Source: Escherichia phage AV124. Taken from it: DNA of 64,000 nucleotides. Shown here one piece after another: positions 9,439 to 18,405 of this stretch; the first letter of the stretch is position 1; every line of letters starts with the position of its first letter. Both the position numbers and the translations under genes were made by a program. The stretch lies in sequence record OR352954, one strand, 5' to 3'. The notes under the pieces were generated by a model that did no database searches, had not been told where the DNA came from, and saw only the letters and a list, made by a program, of their open reading frames with translations.

Positions 9439-9610
9439 AGATTTTACCGACTTGAGTAAGGTAACAACAGAAAAGCTAATGAAACTCCGTGATATCGCTC
9501 AAGATTATCACGATGAGATGCAGCAAGCTGAACTGGAAGCGTGGGAAAGACTCCAAGATATAATTCATGAAATTGTCAAGAGGGCGAAGAATGTTCAAAC
9601 GTCTAATTAA
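9428..9610 (+). CDS. hypothetical protein
   Basis: ATG 9428 (MQVEDF...) in track ORF frame; coiled-coil-like. Confidence 0.3.
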   Translation: MQVEDFTDLSKVTTEKLMKLRDIAQDYHDEMQQAELEAWERLQDIIHEIVKRAKNVQTSN

Positions 9611-9905
9611 CTGGCTCTTTGCCAAAGAGGATGACACCACAGAAAATGAAGTTCGGGTATTCGACTTCACAGAGCAAGGGCCTGGTCATGACATCACTAT
9701 GCGAGTAATCAATGATGGTGAATATGCAGAGGCAGTGGTTGCCCTGAAACTTGCGGATCTGCCGCCTGCGGTTGGTGACTTCATTGTCGTAGTTTTAGAT
9801 GGTGTCCACAATACTTTTGTGGTAGAAACAGTGGAAGGCGTGAGCCTGACAGTTACTAAATTGACCCTGACTCGTTATGAAGGTGCAGAAGATGAAACAT
9901 CGTGA
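9591..9905 (+). CDS. hypothetical protein
   Basis: ATG 9591 inside track ORF 9567..9905. Confidence 0.3.
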   Translation: MFKRLINWLFAKEDDTTENEVRVFDFTEQGPGHDITMRVINDGEYAEAVVALKLADLPPAVGDFIVVVLDGVHNTFVVETVEGVSLTVTKLTLTRYEGAEDETS

Positions 9906-10374
9906 AAATATTTGTAAGCTTATTGATGATTTGAAGCGCATCGCAAGACAAGCAACACCAGGTAAGTGGTGGATAGATTCACATGGCCATGCTATGGTTG
10001 CATTTTCAACGGAAGATGCTGGCATGGAAACAGTGTTTGTGACAGACGGGAATATGGGTCCGGTTGTGCGCCATGAGAACACAGGTAATCTCTCGGCTTG
10101 GCGCAATGATATGGATGCAACATACATTGCGACTGCCTGCCCTCAGAATGTGCTGGCAGTTCTGGAATATCTAAGTTCTGGTGCTAACGCGTGGAATACC
10201 ATAAGCACTTATATGGAAACTCGCCTGCATGGTGATGCAGCCGCTTTACGTAATGATGTAAGCCGGAAGTTGTTTGATGACGGTTGTCATAGTGCAGCAA
10301 TCCATGCAATTCAGTTTATCGAGGCACTGATTGACCAGAATATTGAATTAAAGGCCGAACTGGAGTCTAAATGA
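9892..10374 (+). CDS. hypothetical protein (Ead/Ea22-like motifs)
   Basis: 'ATPGKWW' and 'CPQNVLAVLEYL' resemble motifs common in small lambdoid early proteins. Confidence 0.3.
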   Translation: MKHRENICKLIDDLKRIARQATPGKWWIDSHGHAMVAFSTEDAGMETVFVTDGNMGPVVRHENTGNLSAWRNDMDATYIATACPQNVLAVLEYLSSGANAWNTISTYMETRLHGDAAALRNDVSRKLFDDGCHSAAIHAIQFIEALIDQNIELKAELESK

Positions 10375-10607
10375 TAAAAGATTGTTTTGGGAATGAGGCG
10401 AGAGTTGGCGACAAGATCGCCTTCTCTCAAGGCAATGCTGGAGCAAAAAAGTGGGAATTCGGGGAGATTACCCGGATAACCGATAAGTGCATATATTTTC
10501 ATGGTCGCGCCGGGGGAATGTTCCGTGACTGGCGTGATGATACCGAGCTTCGCCGTGGAGAAGGCGCGTTCGTAATTAATTTAGAAGCGAGAGGACTTAA
10601 TGAGTAA
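10371..10607 (+). CDS. hypothetical protein
   Basis: ORF track. Confidence 0.35.
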   Translation: MIKDCFGNEARVGDKIAFSQGNAGAKKWEFGEITRITDKCIYFHGRAGGMFRDWRDDTELRRGEGAFVINLEARGLNE

Positions 10608-10884
10608 AGCCGCACTTCCTGTAGAGATCGAATTCAGTTATGACCACCCTACTGCTGGTGTCGTCACCGTCGAAGCACTTTATTCTGTGATGGAAGGCGA
10701 CCGTAACAGTCGTGAAAGCGATGTAGATTACAACGGTTTCCAGGATCTGGAGTATTATGCTGTATTCTCTGGAGATAAACAGATCTACGTTGACATTCCA
10801 GATGATGTCCTATACCATCATTTACGCGAGTATATCCGCAATCTTGAAATTGTAGGTTGCTTCCAGGAAGAGGAGGATTTTTAA
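10600..10884 (+). CDS. hypothetical protein
   Basis: ORF track. Confidence 0.35.
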   Translation: MSKAALPVEIEFSYDHPTAGVVTVEALYSVMEGDRNSRESDVDYNGFQDLEYYAVFSGDKQIYVDIPDDVLYHHLREYIRNLEIVGCFQEEEDF

Positions 10885-11102
10885 TGAAACACGAAGTTAA
10901 AGTCGTTGAATTCGAATTCGGTAAACACAGAGGTCCAGACTATGTGGCTAAAGTGTTGGCAGAACATCTTGATGAAGGATATACTATCGTAGGGCAATCT
11001 GAAAGTGCTAGATATCTGACCTACACTCTAGTTAAAATTATCCCAATTTCCATGACGGGTACGGTAACAAATGCCGATCACCAAGGGGTCAGTTTCCACT
11101 AA
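10884..11102 (+). CDS. hypothetical protein
   Basis: ATG 10884 (MKHEVKV...) within track ORF 10857..11102. Confidence 0.3.
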   Translation: MKHEVKVVEFEFGKHRGPDYVAKVLAEHLDEGYTIVGQSESARYLTYTLVKIIPISMTGTVTNADHQGVSFH

Positions 11103-11112
11103 GGGAGGCCGT

Positions 11113-11805
11113 TTGAAGAAGAAAGTGATCATTCTTTATGATTACACTTCGGTCATGGCGCGTCCTTGGTTAGAGGCTGGCTATGAAGTTTGGACTTTTG
11201 ATGGTCAACATTCACCAGGAGTCACCCGCGAGGGTGACCTTGTTAAAGTCGGGATGTGGTTCTTCCACGACAAGACCGTTCAACAAGCTCAAGAGATCAA
11301 AGAAATGGTTGGTGACAATGTTCACATCGTCTTTGGTTTCCCGGAATGTACTCACCTGACCAATGCGGGTTCACGTCATTGGGCTAAGAAAAGAGCAGCA
11401 AACCCTAACTTCCAGAAGGAAGCAATGGAACTTTGCCTATTGGTAGAGAAGGTTGGAGATTTATATAATGTTCCGTGGGCCTTTGAAAACCCTGTCGGTG
11501 TTCTTTCTTCAATGTATCGAAAACCTGATTACATGTTTGATCCTAAGGATTACGGCGGGTATCTCCCAGCCAATGATATACACCCACTATATCCGCACGT
11601 ATACCCTCCTCAGGACGCGTATAACAAGAAGACGTGTATTTGGATGGGTAATGGCGCAAAACAGCCTGACAAGCTTCCTGTGAAGGAATTGTACAAGGAC
11701 AATCCGGGCTGGAAGAAGTGTGGTGGCAAATCCACCAAGACTAAAAATATTCGTAGTTGTACACCTCGCGGTTTTGCGGAGGCGTTTTACCAGAAAAATA
11801 AATGA
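11113..11805 (+). CDS. compact C5-cytosine methyltransferase-fold protein (no obvious target-recognition domain)
   Basis: 'FGFPECTHLTNAG' (cf. motif IV GGPPCQ..S.AG), 'ENPVG' (motif VI ENV), C-terminal 'TPRGFAEAF'; TTG start 11113 after AAGGGAGG. Confidence 0.4.
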   Translation: MKKKVIILYDYTSVMARPWLEAGYEVWTFDGQHSPGVTREGDLVKVGMWFFHDKTVQQAQEIKEMVGDNVHIVFGFPECTHLTNAGSRHWAKKRAANPNFQKEAMELCLLVEKVGDLYNVPWAFENPVGVLSSMYRKPDYMFDPKDYGGYLPANDIHPLYPHVYPPQDAYNKKTCIWMGNGAKQPDKLPVKELYKDNPGWKKCGGKSTKTKNIRSCTPRGFAEAFYQKNK

Positions 11806-13877
11806 GAGGGATAATGGGAAATGGACCGGATTGGGCGGCGTATCGCAAAGGCGGCAATGAAAACCCAAGAGCAGGTTTTGGAAGTAATCGCGGAGGCAAG
11901 TTGAGTTATAGTAACAATCGAGTAGAAGAGACCCTGGAATCAGTGCTGTCTGGCACCCGCATCATGGCTGTTCCCGAAATGAGTCTCTCTCTTGAAGCAG
12001 CACAGTATTTTAAGATCCGTTCTGCGGTATCCCCGGCGGATGGTATCACCCCGGTAGCAACATACTTGCCATATTATGATAAGTATGGGAAACTGACAGG
12101 ATTCAAGAAACGTGACTGGACGCTACAAAAGGAGAAGACGGGACACTTTTCAACTGTTGGCGCTGTGAAGGCATCATCTCAGTTCTTCGGGCAGCATGAA
12201 GCCTCTATGGGTGTTGGTCGTAAACAGATCAATATCGTAGAAGGTGAAGGTGACGTATGCGCAGCATGGCAGGCAGCGTATGAGATGGTCAAGGCTATGT
12301 CTACCAGCCCAAAAGCCAGTAAAGGCGTTAAGGACTGGGCCGATAGCATCCTAAAAGGTATCCGTCATATCCAGAACGACGAAGACATTGGCGGTCTTCC
12401 GACACTACCTTATGTCGGATTAAACTGTGGTACTGCAAACGCTGTTGATACTTTCGCAAACAACGAAAAGTTCATTCGCAGTTATGAGAAGGTAGTCTTA
12501 GGTTTTGATAACGATGAAGCAACAGCGTTAGAAAAAGAAAAGAAAATAAAGAAAGGTAAAGAAGCAACCGACGATGTAGCCAGCTTCCTGCTGTCAGAAA
12601 ACATTTACGTTGTGCGATATCCCAACGAGCGTAATGACCCGGATGGCTTTAAAGACATTCGTGACATGTTTGATGCTGGTAAGATACGTGAACTTTACGC
12701 AATGTTCACCAAAGCAGACGATCGCTATGTTCCTGATAAATTGATCGGTCTTAAGGATATCACCATTGAAAACCTTCGTAAGAAGAAAAAAGATGGTGTT
12801 CCATTACCGGGTATGCCGGGGCTTTACAACCTTACCAGAGGCCCTCGTACTGGTGAGCTTTGGACATTGACCGGGCCGTCTGGTGGTGGTAAGTCTACAA
12901 TCTCTCGTAAGATTGAATACGCAATCATTGATTATCTTCGTGATATGTCAATTCCCCGCCTCGATGGCTGGACCGAGAGTGAGAAAGTAGCTATCATCCG
13001 GCTGGAAGAGGATGAAGAAGAGTCTGTAAACAGCTTGTATGCTGAAGAGCTGAAGGTGGACCCTAAGGCATTTGTTGCTGACCCGGAGCAGTTCTTAACC
13101 GAAGAGCAACACCTTGAAATTCACCAACGCTGGATTAGGGAAGATAAGATTAAGATCTTCGATCACTTTGGTTCTATCCCGACAGACCAGCTTATTCAGA
13201 AACTTAAGCAGATGGTGTTCCTTGATGGTTGTAAATGGATCATCCTCGATCACCTGTCGATGGTAATCTCTGGTCTTAAGTCCGACAACGAACGTCGAGA
13301 CCTTGATAACATCATGACCGAGCTGGCGGCTTTCTGTAAGAAGTACGATGTTTTCATCTTATCAATCAGTCACATGAAGCGTAAAGAACTTCAGCTTCCG
13401 AAAGATAAAGATGGGAATCTATTACCGTTCTGGTATCCGGTCCGTAAAGAAGACCTGCGCGGTTCTGCGGCCCTTGAACAACTCTCATGGGTGGTTCTGG
13501 GTGTTGAACCAGAAGAGCTTCCTGACCGCTCCCGTGGACGTGTACGTATCGTGGTGCTGAAGAACCGCCCACACAAAAAACTGGGTATCGCTGATACAAT
13601 GGTTATGGATGACAACGGGCAGTTCTCCGATGCTTCCGGCTGGGAATGGGAAGATGGGATGTTCAAGCTTAATGGTGAAGTTATGCTTCGTCCTCAGAGT
13701 CTGATCCATCAACTCTCTCTGGAAACTCCGGTTGGAAAGGTAAATGTTCCGGCACCTGAGTATAAGCCAACCATCGATCTTGATAGGACACCAGTCCCTA
13801 CTCTTGATCCTGACGATGATACGCCTTTCGCCCCGATAGGATTGCAATACGCAAAACATGCAATTTATGTAATTTAA
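11802..13877 (+). CDS. primase-helicase, T7 gp4-like (TOPRIM + DnaB-like helicase)
   Basis: TOPRIM 'NIVEGEGDVCAAW', 'VVLGFDNDEA'; helicase Walker A 'GPSGGGKST', 'IILDHLSM'. Confidence 0.8.
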   Translation: MRGIMGNGPDWAAYRKGGNENPRAGFGSNRGGKLSYSNNRVEETLESVLSGTRIMAVPEMSLSLEAAQYFKIRSAVSPADGITPVATYLPYYDKYGKLTGFKKRDWTLQKEKTGHFSTVGAVKASSQFFGQHEASMGVGRKQINIVEGEGDVCAAWQAAYEMVKAMSTSPKASKGVKDWADSILKGIRHIQNDEDIGGLPTLPYVGLNCGTANAVDTFANNEKFIRSYEKVVLGFDNDEATALEKEKKIKKGKEATDDVASFLLSENIYVVRYPNERNDPDGFKDIRDMFDAGKIRELYAMFTKADDRYVPDKLIGLKDITIENLRKKKKDGVPLPGMPGLYNLTRGPRTGELWTLTGPSGGGKSTISRKIEYAIIDYLRDMSIPRLDGWTESEKVAIIRLEEDEEESVNSLYAEELKVDPKAFVADPEQFLTEEQHLEIHQRWIREDKIKIFDHFGSIPTDQLIQKLKQMVFLDGCKWIILDHLSMVISGLKSDNERRDLDNIMTELAAFCKKYDVFILSISHMKRKELQLPKDKDGNLLPFWYPVRKEDLRGSAALEQLSWVVLGVEPEELPDRSRGRVRIVVLKNRPHKKLGIADTMVMDDNGQFSDASGWEWEDGMFKLNGEVMLRPQSLIHQLSLETPVGKVNVPAPEYKPTIDLDRTPVPTLDPDDDTPFAPIGLQYAKHAIYVI

Positions 13878-13933
13878 TACCAACTGAGAGGTGGGCGACG
13901 GTACAGTCTAGCCCACTTTGAATAGGAGGAATC

Positions 13934-16306
13934 ATTAAAGGTCTGTTTATACTGGATAACGAGGCCGATGGCCTGTTAGACGAAGTAACTAAGTACCATT
14001 GTACTTTGCTGAAAGAATTCGGAGTCAACAACTGGAACCTGTTTTTAGACCCCGCACACCCTGAATATGAAAGCGCTGTAGCCTTTGCCAGGAGCAAGAA
14101 GGATGCTAATCTTACAATTCGTTCATACGACGAGCTGGAAAGCTTCCTGAAGACTTGTAGAGCCATTGCGTGTCACAACCTGTTTGGTTATGACCTGCGC
14201 CTGTGGAAGAAGTTATCGGGCATTGAATATGATATGTTCAAAGACCCGAAGTGCATGGGGACGATTGGGGATACACAGGTAAATCTCTACGACACCCTCT
14301 CTATGAGCCGTGTGCTTTATCCTGACCGTCCATTACCTAACGGTTGCCCTGACTCTGTTCTTAACCCGGTAACCGGGAAGCGAGACCGTGTAGGTCCTCA
14401 TGGCCTGTTGGCCTGGGGCTACCGCGTAGCAAACAAGAAAGTTCAGATCGATGACTGGCGTAACCAACCCTTGTGGGAATACGTTAATCGTGTCTGGGAA
14501 GACGTTTTAATCAACGAGTTAGTATGGCAATCCCTGATCGATGAATCTACAGGTGCTCGCTGGCCTGATGACAAGCAGTTCATGTACAAAGATAAACCGG
14601 AAGGGATGCGGCAGATCAACTGGAAGAACGCGCTACGCCGCCGTATGTTGACTGATTACCTGATGATTGAGCAAGAAATTCAGGGTGTTCCATTCAATAA
14701 GCATGAAGCTGAAAAGCTGAGAGACCGTATTGATGTAATGATGAAAGAGATTGAGGAAGAAGTAGAACCTCAACTCCCGCTCAAAGAGATGACGAAGTCT
14801 CAACAGCCAAAATTCCCTGCTAATCCTTTTGATGGTGCAGGAAGAATTTCCCATCACGGGTGGAATTGGTTAGAATACAAGCTGGGATATCCAGTTAATC
14901 GTGAAGCGCTGGAATTCAAAGGTCCACCGAAGACGGCGTTTAAAGGTAACGGTGATGTAAGTGCAGCAGGGGAAAGATACTGTATCCAGAATGGTGTTGA
15001 AGACCCGGCAGCGATGCCAGACTTCATTAGAAGCCAGATAAAGAAAGAGAATACCCTTGTCCCATTGCCACCAGACCTAATGGAAAAGGCAATTGCCGAT
15101 CTTCGTGCTGGAAAGATGCCAGACCTGATGGTTCCGATGAAGATCTCGAACCAGGACGACATCAAGAAGTACCTGATCCGCGATGCGGGATGGAAACCAA
15201 CGCTCTGGCGTGTTAAAGATGTGACGAAAGACCAGTTCAAAAAGACCCGCGATGATGCGGAGGTTGATGGTCTGGTGCGTAAGTACATCGAAGAACTTGG
15301 AGAGTCCGAGTATAAATCTCTGATTCTTGAGCACTTAAATAATAGTGACGCAAAGTTCAATATCTCGGAAAACAAGTTCGACCATCGTCATGGTTCTGAT
15401 CGTGTTTACGAGGAGGTCTTCAAGAAGTTCCGACGCAAAGCTCGTCAACTGCCGACTTCACCACAGTTGAAGGATAACTTTGGCAAGCTGTGTCCTAACC
15501 TTGAAGTTATCGATGTTCACTTGGCTAAACAGATTGTTAAGTGGCTGTCATTACGTAACCGTCGTTCTGTTCTCGACCCTATTGACGAGGATAAAAACGA
15601 TACAGGGCTGTTGAATCATCCTCGCCTGGCGATTGATGGAAAACTTCCAGCTCGTTTCTCTGGTATCACTAACACCGGGCGTTGTAAGCACACCATTTGT
15701 GCAAACATGCCTAAGCCAGATCCTAAGGTGTTGTTGGGTAAAGAGATGCGTGGTCTCTGGGGTGTGACCGATGAATATTACCAGGTCGGTATCGATGGTT
15801 CTAACCTCGAAGGTATGATCGCGGCATGGGGTGCATATCAGTTCGATGGTGGTGAATACCTCCGTATCATGGAAAGTGGAGATGCCCACGCACGAAACGC
15901 CGAGGCATACACCAAAGCTTCTGGTACTCTGGTAACGCGTAACGGTGGTAAAGGGGTAACCTACGGCATCATGTATGGTGCTCAGGCAGCTAAGATTGCA
16001 GCAATGCTTCACATTTCCCTTGACAAGGCACAGGCGGTAATCGATGCTTTCTGGGATAGTAACTTTGGTTTGAAAGGTCGTAAGGAATGGCTTGAAAACT
16101 TCTGGGAAGCAACGGGTAAACGTTATATCCCTGGTCTCGATGGTCGTAAGATTTGGACCCGTTCTAAGCACTCTCTTCTGAATGCTTTCCAGCAAAACGG
16201 TGGTGCATCTCTATTCGATCTGGTTGGTATCCTGCTTCACTGGGAACTGATCAAACGTGGCTGGTATGATGATGACGTTCGTCGCCTGATTTACTACCAT
16301 AAATAA
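13934..16306 (+). CDS. DNA polymerase, family A, T7 gene 5-like; N-terminal segment (3'-5' exo + motifs A and B), ends just before motif C
   Basis: Exo I 'FILDNEADGLLDEVTKYHC' (cf. T7 'IVSDIEANALLESVTKFHC'), 'GPHGLLAWGYR', motif A 'GIDGSNLEG', motif B 'KGVTYGIMYGAQ'; no ATG/GTG/TTG between upstream TGA (13919) and Exo I, so start set at ATT 13934 after AGGAGG. Confidence 0.75.
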   Translation: MKGLFILDNEADGLLDEVTKYHCTLLKEFGVNNWNLFLDPAHPEYESAVAFARSKKDANLTIRSYDELESFLKTCRAIACHNLFGYDLRLWKKLSGIEYDMFKDPKCMGTIGDTQVNLYDTLSMSRVLYPDRPLPNGCPDSVLNPVTGKRDRVGPHGLLAWGYRVANKKVQIDDWRNQPLWEYVNRVWEDVLINELVWQSLIDESTGARWPDDKQFMYKDKPEGMRQINWKNALRRRMLTDYLMIEQEIQGVPFNKHEAEKLRDRIDVMMKEIEEEVEPQLPLKEMTKSQQPKFPANPFDGAGRISHHGWNWLEYKLGYPVNREALEFKGPPKTAFKGNGDVSAAGERYCIQNGVEDPAAMPDFIRSQIKKENTLVPLPPDLMEKAIADLRAGKMPDLMVPMKISNQDDIKKYLIRDAGWKPTLWRVKDVTKDQFKKTRDDAEVDGLVRKYIEELGESEYKSLILEHLNNSDAKFNISENKFDHRHGSDRVYEEVFKKFRRKARQLPTSPQLKDNFGKLCPNLEVIDVHLAKQIVKWLSLRNRRSVLDPIDEDKNDTGLLNHPRLAIDGKLPARFSGITNTGRCKHTICANMPKPDPKVLLGKEMRGLWGVTDEYYQVGIDGSNLEGMIAAWGAYQFDGGEYLRIMESGDAHARNAEAYTKASGTLVTRNGGKGVTYGIMYGAQAAKIAAMLHISLDKAQAVIDAFWDSNFGLKGRKEWLENFWEATGKRYIPGLDGRKIWTRSKHSLLNAFQQNGGASLFDLVGILLHWELIKRGWYDDDVRRLIYYHK

Positions 16307-17275
16307 CATTGTGGCTTTGTGAGGTAACTCACATCGAATAACTCCTTTAATTGCTGGGAGGCTAAGGTTGATATTCACTCGATAATAGAGTAAAATACAA
16401 CTATGTTAATCAGCAGCGAAGAGGATCAATGAAAAGTGTAAACTACCACGGATATGTGGTTTACGAAGACGGAACCATTATCGGAAGGCGCGGGAAACCG
16501 ATGCAAAAGGTAGATAATGGGAGGGGCTACCTAATTGTAAGTCTCTACCTTAATAAAAGAACAACGACAAAAGCTGTGCATGTTTTAGTGGCTGAGTGTT
16601 TCGTTCCCAACCCGGATAACCTCCCAGAGGTTGACCACAAGGATGGTGATAAGACCAACAACCACTACACCAACCTCCGCTGGGTAACAAGAGGTAAGAA
16701 CATAGAACATTGCTACACGTTGGAAGGTAGAAGTGCAACAGGTATTGCCAATGCAAACAGTAAGTTGTCAGAGGGAGAAGTGGAGAAAATCTGCTACCTC
16801 TTGCAGGAAGGCTTTAGTCAAGCTGCCATCCGAGACATGGGCTACCCATACGGAACAGTTAGGGCCATCAAGCAGAGACGACAATGGCTGCATATATCAT
16901 CTTCGTATCATTGGTCTTAACGTTCAGAGGCCAGCCGAAAGGCGTAGACGAGCGAGTGCCGTCGAAATGGGGAGCATCCTGAAAAGGATGGTGATATGGT
17001 CCGATCCTACGTGAAAACGTATGGCAACACGTAATGGTGTGGGCGAGATTAACGACCTCGCTAAACTTTTGGATGAATACCAGCTCCAGGTTCCTAAGAA
17101 ATACCTGAAGAAGTGGGAGTTCGACACCCTGGAAGAGGCAACAGCTTTCGTCAAAGAATGGGAAGCAAAAGGCCGGGTATTTGACGGACATGAATGGAGA
17201 AAGGCCGTCAAAGATGACAACGGTGATAAAGTCAAGGATGCGGAAGGCAATACAGTCTACGAAGGTATTTTCGGG
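16301..17275 (+). mobile_element. insertion interrupting the DNA polymerase gene; candidate group I intron carrying an HNH endonuclease ORF (alternative: gene-splitting homing cassette)
   Basis: Polymerase frame stops at 16304-16306 where motif C is expected; conserved C-terminus resumes downstream; possible P1 pairing CCAU(16297-16300)/GUGG(16311-16314); in-frame G-terminated 3' site at 17275. Confidence 0.3.
16429..16920 (+). CDS. HNH homing endonuclease
   Basis: 'VHVLVAECFV...VDHKDGDKTNNHYTNLRWVTRGKN' HNH_3-type motif; C-terminal HTH-like segment. Confidence 0.75.
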   Translation: MKSVNYHGYVVYEDGTIIGRRGKPMQKVDNGRGYLIVSLYLNKRTTTKAVHVLVAECFVPNPDNLPEVDHKDGDKTNNHYTNLRWVTRGKNIEHCYTLEGRSATGIANANSKLSEGEVEKICYLLQEGFSQAAIRDMGYPYGTVRAIKQRRQWLHISSSYHWS

Positions 17276-17419
17276 GACGATGGTAAAATCCACATCCAGT
17301 ATTGCCCTGTTGGTGAAATGGTCGTAAGATGTGTAGAGAAGGCCGCTCGTATCATGGGCAGTCCTGTACATATCACAGGGGCATATCTTACGGGCGCCAA
17401 TTGGGCGCAATGTCATTGA
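17021..17419 (+). CDS. DNA polymerase C-terminal segment (motif C region to C-terminal His)
   Basis: 'IQYCPVGEMVVRCVEKAARIM...ANWAQCH*' matches T7 DNAP C-terminus '...IQVGC..EEIAQVV...NWAICH*'; first ~85 codons lack polymerase similarity. Confidence 0.6.
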   Translation: MATRNGVGEINDLAKLLDEYQLQVPKKYLKKWEFDTLEEATAFVKEWEAKGRVFDGHEWRKAVKDDNGDKVKDAEGNTVYEGIFGDDGKIHIQYCPVGEMVVRCVEKAARIMGSPVHITGAYLTGANWAQCH

Positions 17420-17437
17420 TATATAAGGATATTTTAT

Positions 17438-18073
17438 ATGGAATTATGGAAAGACATCCCCTCTACGGAGGGGAGATACCAAGTAAGTAATTATGGAAGA
17501 ATAAAAAGGCAACGGTATTCTCGCATAAACAGCAATCAAGCAGCAAGTTGGGAGCAAGTATATGAAACAAAGATATTAAAGCCTTCAAAGGACACACACG
17601 GTTACCTACAAGCTTGTTACCTTGTGGAAGGAGAGAGGACTATAGCCCTGGTCCATAGGCTTGTTGCAGAAGCCTTCCTTGCACCGCCAAGTCAAGAGTT
17701 GATAGATGAATGTATGAAGGCTGGTCACAAAGTGGTTCTTGTCAACCACAAGGATGGAAACCCACTTAACAACCATGTTGACAACCTTGAGTGGTGTACT
17801 CCTTCTTACAACAATGAGTATAGTCCCCAAGATTATTCAAATAGGTCTGGGGATAACTGTAAACATGCGGTTCTTAAAGAATCTGATGTTGACAAAATAC
17901 TGGAACTACGTGGTAAAATGAGTCAGCAGGCCATCGCGGATATGTTCGATGTGAAACAGATCACTATCAGCAACATTTTCACCGGAAGGTCTTGGTCTTC
18001 TTATACCGGAATACCTCGCAAAGAGCGTAACAAAGGAAAACGTGCAGCTAAGACCAAACTGTTATCACAATAG
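17438..18073 (+). CDS. HNH homing endonuclease (NUMOD4-like N-terminus)
   Basis: 'WKDIP..EGRYQVSNYGRIK' then 'VHRLVAEAFL...VNHKDGNPLNNHVDNLEW'. Confidence 0.7.
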   Translation: MELWKDIPSTEGRYQVSNYGRIKRQRYSRINSNQAASWEQVYETKILKPSKDTHGYLQACYLVEGERTIALVHRLVAEAFLAPPSQELIDECMKAGHKVVLVNHKDGNPLNNHVDNLEWCTPSYNNEYSPQDYSNRSGDNCKHAVLKESDVDKILELRGKMSQQAIADMFDVKQITISNIFTGRSWSSYTGIPRKERNKGKRAAKTKLLSQ

Positions 18074-18081
18074 GAGATACC

Positions 18082-18309
18082 ATGTTTCCGAACAAACCTA
18101 AAGAAGCCACCCATTATTTTATGTATCCAGGGCATCCTACTCCGGGTGGTAATTGGGCATACTATGTCAGCTTTTTCAGGAAAGTTGCAGGTGAGTGGAT
18201 GGTGTACACTACCGATACCGACAATGAGTACCCAGGCTGGACATTAGCTTCTCGACGCTATAAGAATAAAAGCTTAGAGACTATGATTGAATATTTGCAA
18301 GAAATTTAA
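18082..18309 (+). CDS. hypothetical protein
   Basis: ORF track, 75 aa. Confidence 0.35.
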   Translation: MFPNKPKEATHYFMYPGHPTPGGNWAYYVSFFRKVAGEWMVYTTDTDNEYPGWTLASRRYKNKSLETMIEYLQEI

Positions 18310-18318
18310 AAAATAGTG

Positions 18319-18347
18319 TTGACACCCGTTTCGAATAGCATTAAAGT
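18319..18347 (+). promoter_or_regulatory. sigma70-like promoter candidate
   Basis: TTGACA (18319-18324), 17-nt spacer, TAAAGT (18342-18347), A/T-rich upstream. Confidence 0.35.
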
Positions 18348-18405
18348 GTATCACATGAAGACGAGAGATCTCGCTTCAAAACAACCTCACAAACAGGAGA
18401 ACGAA

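Noticed and set aside
14006-14008. TTG at 14006 as the DNA polymerase start (as in the ORF track)
   Set aside because: The conserved Exo I motif 'ILDNEADG' lies upstream in the same frame, so the true start must be near 13931-13943.
16307-16428. tRNA genes in intergenic gaps (16307-16428, 21288-21355, 25425-25538, 40073-40234)
   Set aside because: No GTTCRA T-loop with matching acceptor-stem complementarity seen by eye; cannot exclude without a tRNA scan.
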